The position numbers were made by a program, and so were the translations under genes. Positions 10,113 to 12,422 of a stretch of 12,422 bases of DNA are shown here, one piece after another; position 1 is the stretch's first letter; each line of letters opens with the position of its first letter. The stretch is from Azolla caroliniana. Lineage: Eukaryota; Plantae; Polypodiophyta. The stretch is taken from positions 1 through 12,422 of the forward strand of contig JBHGNT010001070.1 of assembly GCA_043228905.1 (NCBI GenBank), read 5' to 3'. Under the pieces are notes generated by a model. The model saw only the letters and a program-made list of their open reading frames with translations, searched no databases and was not told the DNA's origin.

Positions 10113-10250
10113 AAACCCTAAACCCCTACAGAAAAAGAAAGTGTATTGATTCATACGAACAACTCTAATGACTTTGTTGTGTGTTATATTGAGGAAATGG
10201 TCAAGTAAAGTGACAAATCATGGGACGAGTGCGTTGATGTTGGTTGGGCC
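10113..10250 (+). promoter_or_regulatory. Telo-box (AAACCCTAA, 10113-10121) and site II motif (TGGGCC, 10245-10250)
   Basis: Exact motif matches upstream of a ribosomal protein gene. The telo-box plus site II pair is typical of plant translation-machinery promoters, but both are short and could be chance. Confidence 0.4.
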
Positions 10251-10400
10251 TTTGATGTTCTTCTTTCGAGGGGGTCCACGAAAATTGAAAATAATAATAT
10301 TGAAGAATGATATCCATTGGTAAATATTTGTTTGATCATCACCACTTACTACTACTACATACATGATACATACATAGTCTTACTGCAGATAGAGGTAAAC

Positions 10401-10540
10401 ATTGGATTGCCTGGAAGCCGTCCGATGAGCTTGAGGCAGAAACCGGGAGCCGTTGGATCTAGGGGGGGGCCTATGAACCGGGAGTCTTTCTTCTTCTCCT
10501 CCTCCTCAAGAGCTGCTGCCTCTGCCCCCTCCCTCTTCCT
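10401..10540. promoter_or_regulatory. Putative core/bidirectional promoter: MSA-like TCCAACGGCT (minus, within 10448-10460), related ATCGGACGGCT (minus, 10416-10426), AACCGGGAG direct repeat (10441, 10476), pyrimidine-rich TSS/TOP-like tract (10486-10540)
   Basis: Motifs read directly in a GC-rich island just upstream of the RPL34 ATG. Confidence 0.5.
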
Positions 10541-10547
10541 GCACAAA

Positions 10548-10583
10548 AAGAAGAAGAAGAAGAAGAAGAAGAAGAAGAAGAAG
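10548..10583 (+). repeat. (AAG)12 microsatellite in the RPL34 5' leader
   Basis: Read directly; ends 23 nt before the ATG at 10607. Confidence 0.95.
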
Positions 10584-10606
10584 CACGACCACGAAGGAGG
10601 GGAGCC

Positions 10607-11879
10607 ATGGTGCAGCGCTTGACCTATCGTCGTCGTCACAGCTACGCCACCAAATCCAACCAGACTCGCGTCGTGAAAACCCCTGGTATGCCTTCATTCG
10701 TCCATTCTTCATGTCCTCGTTCAGCATTTCACATGATTTCTTCAAATGAAGCGTCCATGTGAAGAAAATGTGTCAGACGCTATGTAGAACTGTATGCCCT
10801 CTTTACTACATCACAGAGGTATCACTGGTGTAACGTGTTATTTATCTGTATTGAGCGCGTCGATATCTGAAAACAGCATTCAGCCAGACTGGAGAGATTC
10901 TATTAATTTACCTGCAAGACTACGTATTTATGATGTCTGATATAAACAGTTTTCCAGTGATAAATCCATTGAAACGAAGCAGTTGCTAATTTTGAACGAT
11001 GCATTCTTGAATGTAAGATGACCTGACCCTCTCTATGTTGTTGTTAGAGGACACTTCTTGAACATGGAGCTTATCTGTCCGAAGTTTGGCTCATTATGCT
11101 ATGTTTCTTAAACATGAAACTTAACAACAATTGTCATAACGAAGAGATTGACACTTCCTAACAAGATGAAACCTTGTTAAGCTGACGCTATGTTACATGA
11201 AAGATGTTTCATGAAAGAGATGCCTTCAGCTAATACTGTGTCTTGTTATCAAGCTGGAGATTCCTGTGATCTTATACCACGTGTCATAGACTTGATATGA
11301 AGCTTCTTTCAGAATAATGCAATGTCTCAAAATTAGGACTAGAAGCTTCTGCCGTTGTATTTATTTTTTCAAAACCATGATATGAAGCACATAATCTCTT
11401 TGTCCATTTTGTATGTGTACCAGGTGGACGGCTCGTTTTCCAGATTGCCAAGAAACGTGCTCAGGGCCCCAAATGTCCAGTCACTGGGAAGCGAATCCAA
11501 GGGGTCAGTTTCATTTTTATATTTTACGAATCCATAGAAAGGTAGTTTAGTATTTATTCTGAGTTTTGAGGATTTAATCAGGTTCCACATCTTCGACCTG
11601 CTGAATATAGGAACACTAGACTAAGCAAGACGAATAAGACAGTGAATCGTGCTTATGGTGGTGCCCTTTCTGGGGAGGCTGTCCGAGAGAGGTTTTTGCA
11701 TCTCTTTACCCATCTGCTTTTTGGTTTATTTTCTTCTTGGGTGTCGTGGTTGTAAGAGAAGATGTTATATTATCTGCAGAATCATTCGAGCTTTTCTTGT
11801 GGAAGAACAGAAGATTGTGAAGAAAGTGTTGAAGATCCAGAAATCGAAAGAAAAGCAAGCTACTAAAGCTCAGGCTTAA
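10607..11879 (+). CDS. RPL34: 60S ribosomal protein L34 (eL34), 122 aa. Exons 10607-10685, 11424-11503, 11582-11691, 11780-11879
   Basis: Spliced translation [122 protein letters not shown] is a plant eL34. 369 nt, GT-AG introns in phases 1, 0, 2. Confidence 0.97.
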
Positions 11880-12422
11880 GTCTTGCTTTAACTTTTGTAG
11901 GTGGTTTATTGGGTGTCATATGGGCTTATTATTAACTCATCATCCTGAAAGTGTGAAGATGTTGACAGTCAAATCCTTTTCAAGGATTCAATTTTGTGTG
12001 AGACCATCGGTTAGTTGTGTTCATGTATGCTTACATGGTTTGTATATTTGACATGCGCTTCTCTATGGAAGTTGCATTTTAAAGATATCCCTTGTTTATG
12101 TGGCATTCTGTGTTGATGCCTTAAAAGTGGACAGAGTATGATGGATAATGTTTTGTATCTGTGCTACAATTAATGTTTTTGACAAATTAATGTGTTTATT
12201 AAAGACCGACTTTCTTTACACCAAATTCTTTTATGAGAATAAGATAAGGCCAAGTTACTGGTTATATTATACCTAATGCCACTTCAAAATATCTAGAATT
12301 GTGTCTGGTGGCACTGTTATGGTAATTGTTAGAACCCATATGAAAGGGTAAATGTTTCTATTATTAGGGAACAGTTAGAAAATGATGTAACAGGTTTGGT
12401 TGGAAACTAGCAAAAAACATTG

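Noticed and set aside
10355-10745. Minus ORFs of 94 and 79 aa over the RPL34 leader and exon 1
   Set aside because: Driven by the (CTT)n repeat and the antisense of RPL34 coding sequence
10930-11026. Specific C/D snoRNA call (ATGATGT...CTGA) with a partial AGATGAC match to a 25S rRNA site
   Set aside because: Imperfect C box, complementarity too short and no terminal stem; not supportable without a search
12276-12314. TGCCAC...GTGGCA inverted pair
   Set aside because: Only a 6-bp stem with no other transposon hallmarks

Overview
Gene-dense land-plant nuclear DNA (spliced GT-AG genes, plant-type eL34 and OTU3; a fern or other non-seed plant is my guess only). Three genes were assembled by hand with phase-consistent splice sites. 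(1) A + strand 6-exon uncharacterised gene (489-3981, ~729 aa) with a repeat-containing disordered N-terminus and a coiled-coil C-terminus. (2) A - strand 8-exon OTU3-like deubiquitinase (9373->6925, ~235 aa). (3) A + strand 4-exon 60S ribosomal protein L34 (10607-11879, 122 aa), head-to-head with OTU3. Other notable structure: a decayed copy of an OTU3 exon end carrying its own splice donor, possible in-frame upstream OTU3 exons reaching towards the RPL34 promoter, a minus-strand frame interrupted only by TAG stops (4109-4855), a ~160 bp dispersed repeat, degenerate repeats in RPL34 intron 1, and microsatellites. No CRISPR array, rRNA, tRNA or intact transposon was seen, and no clearly new multi-gene system is demonstrable from sequence alone.
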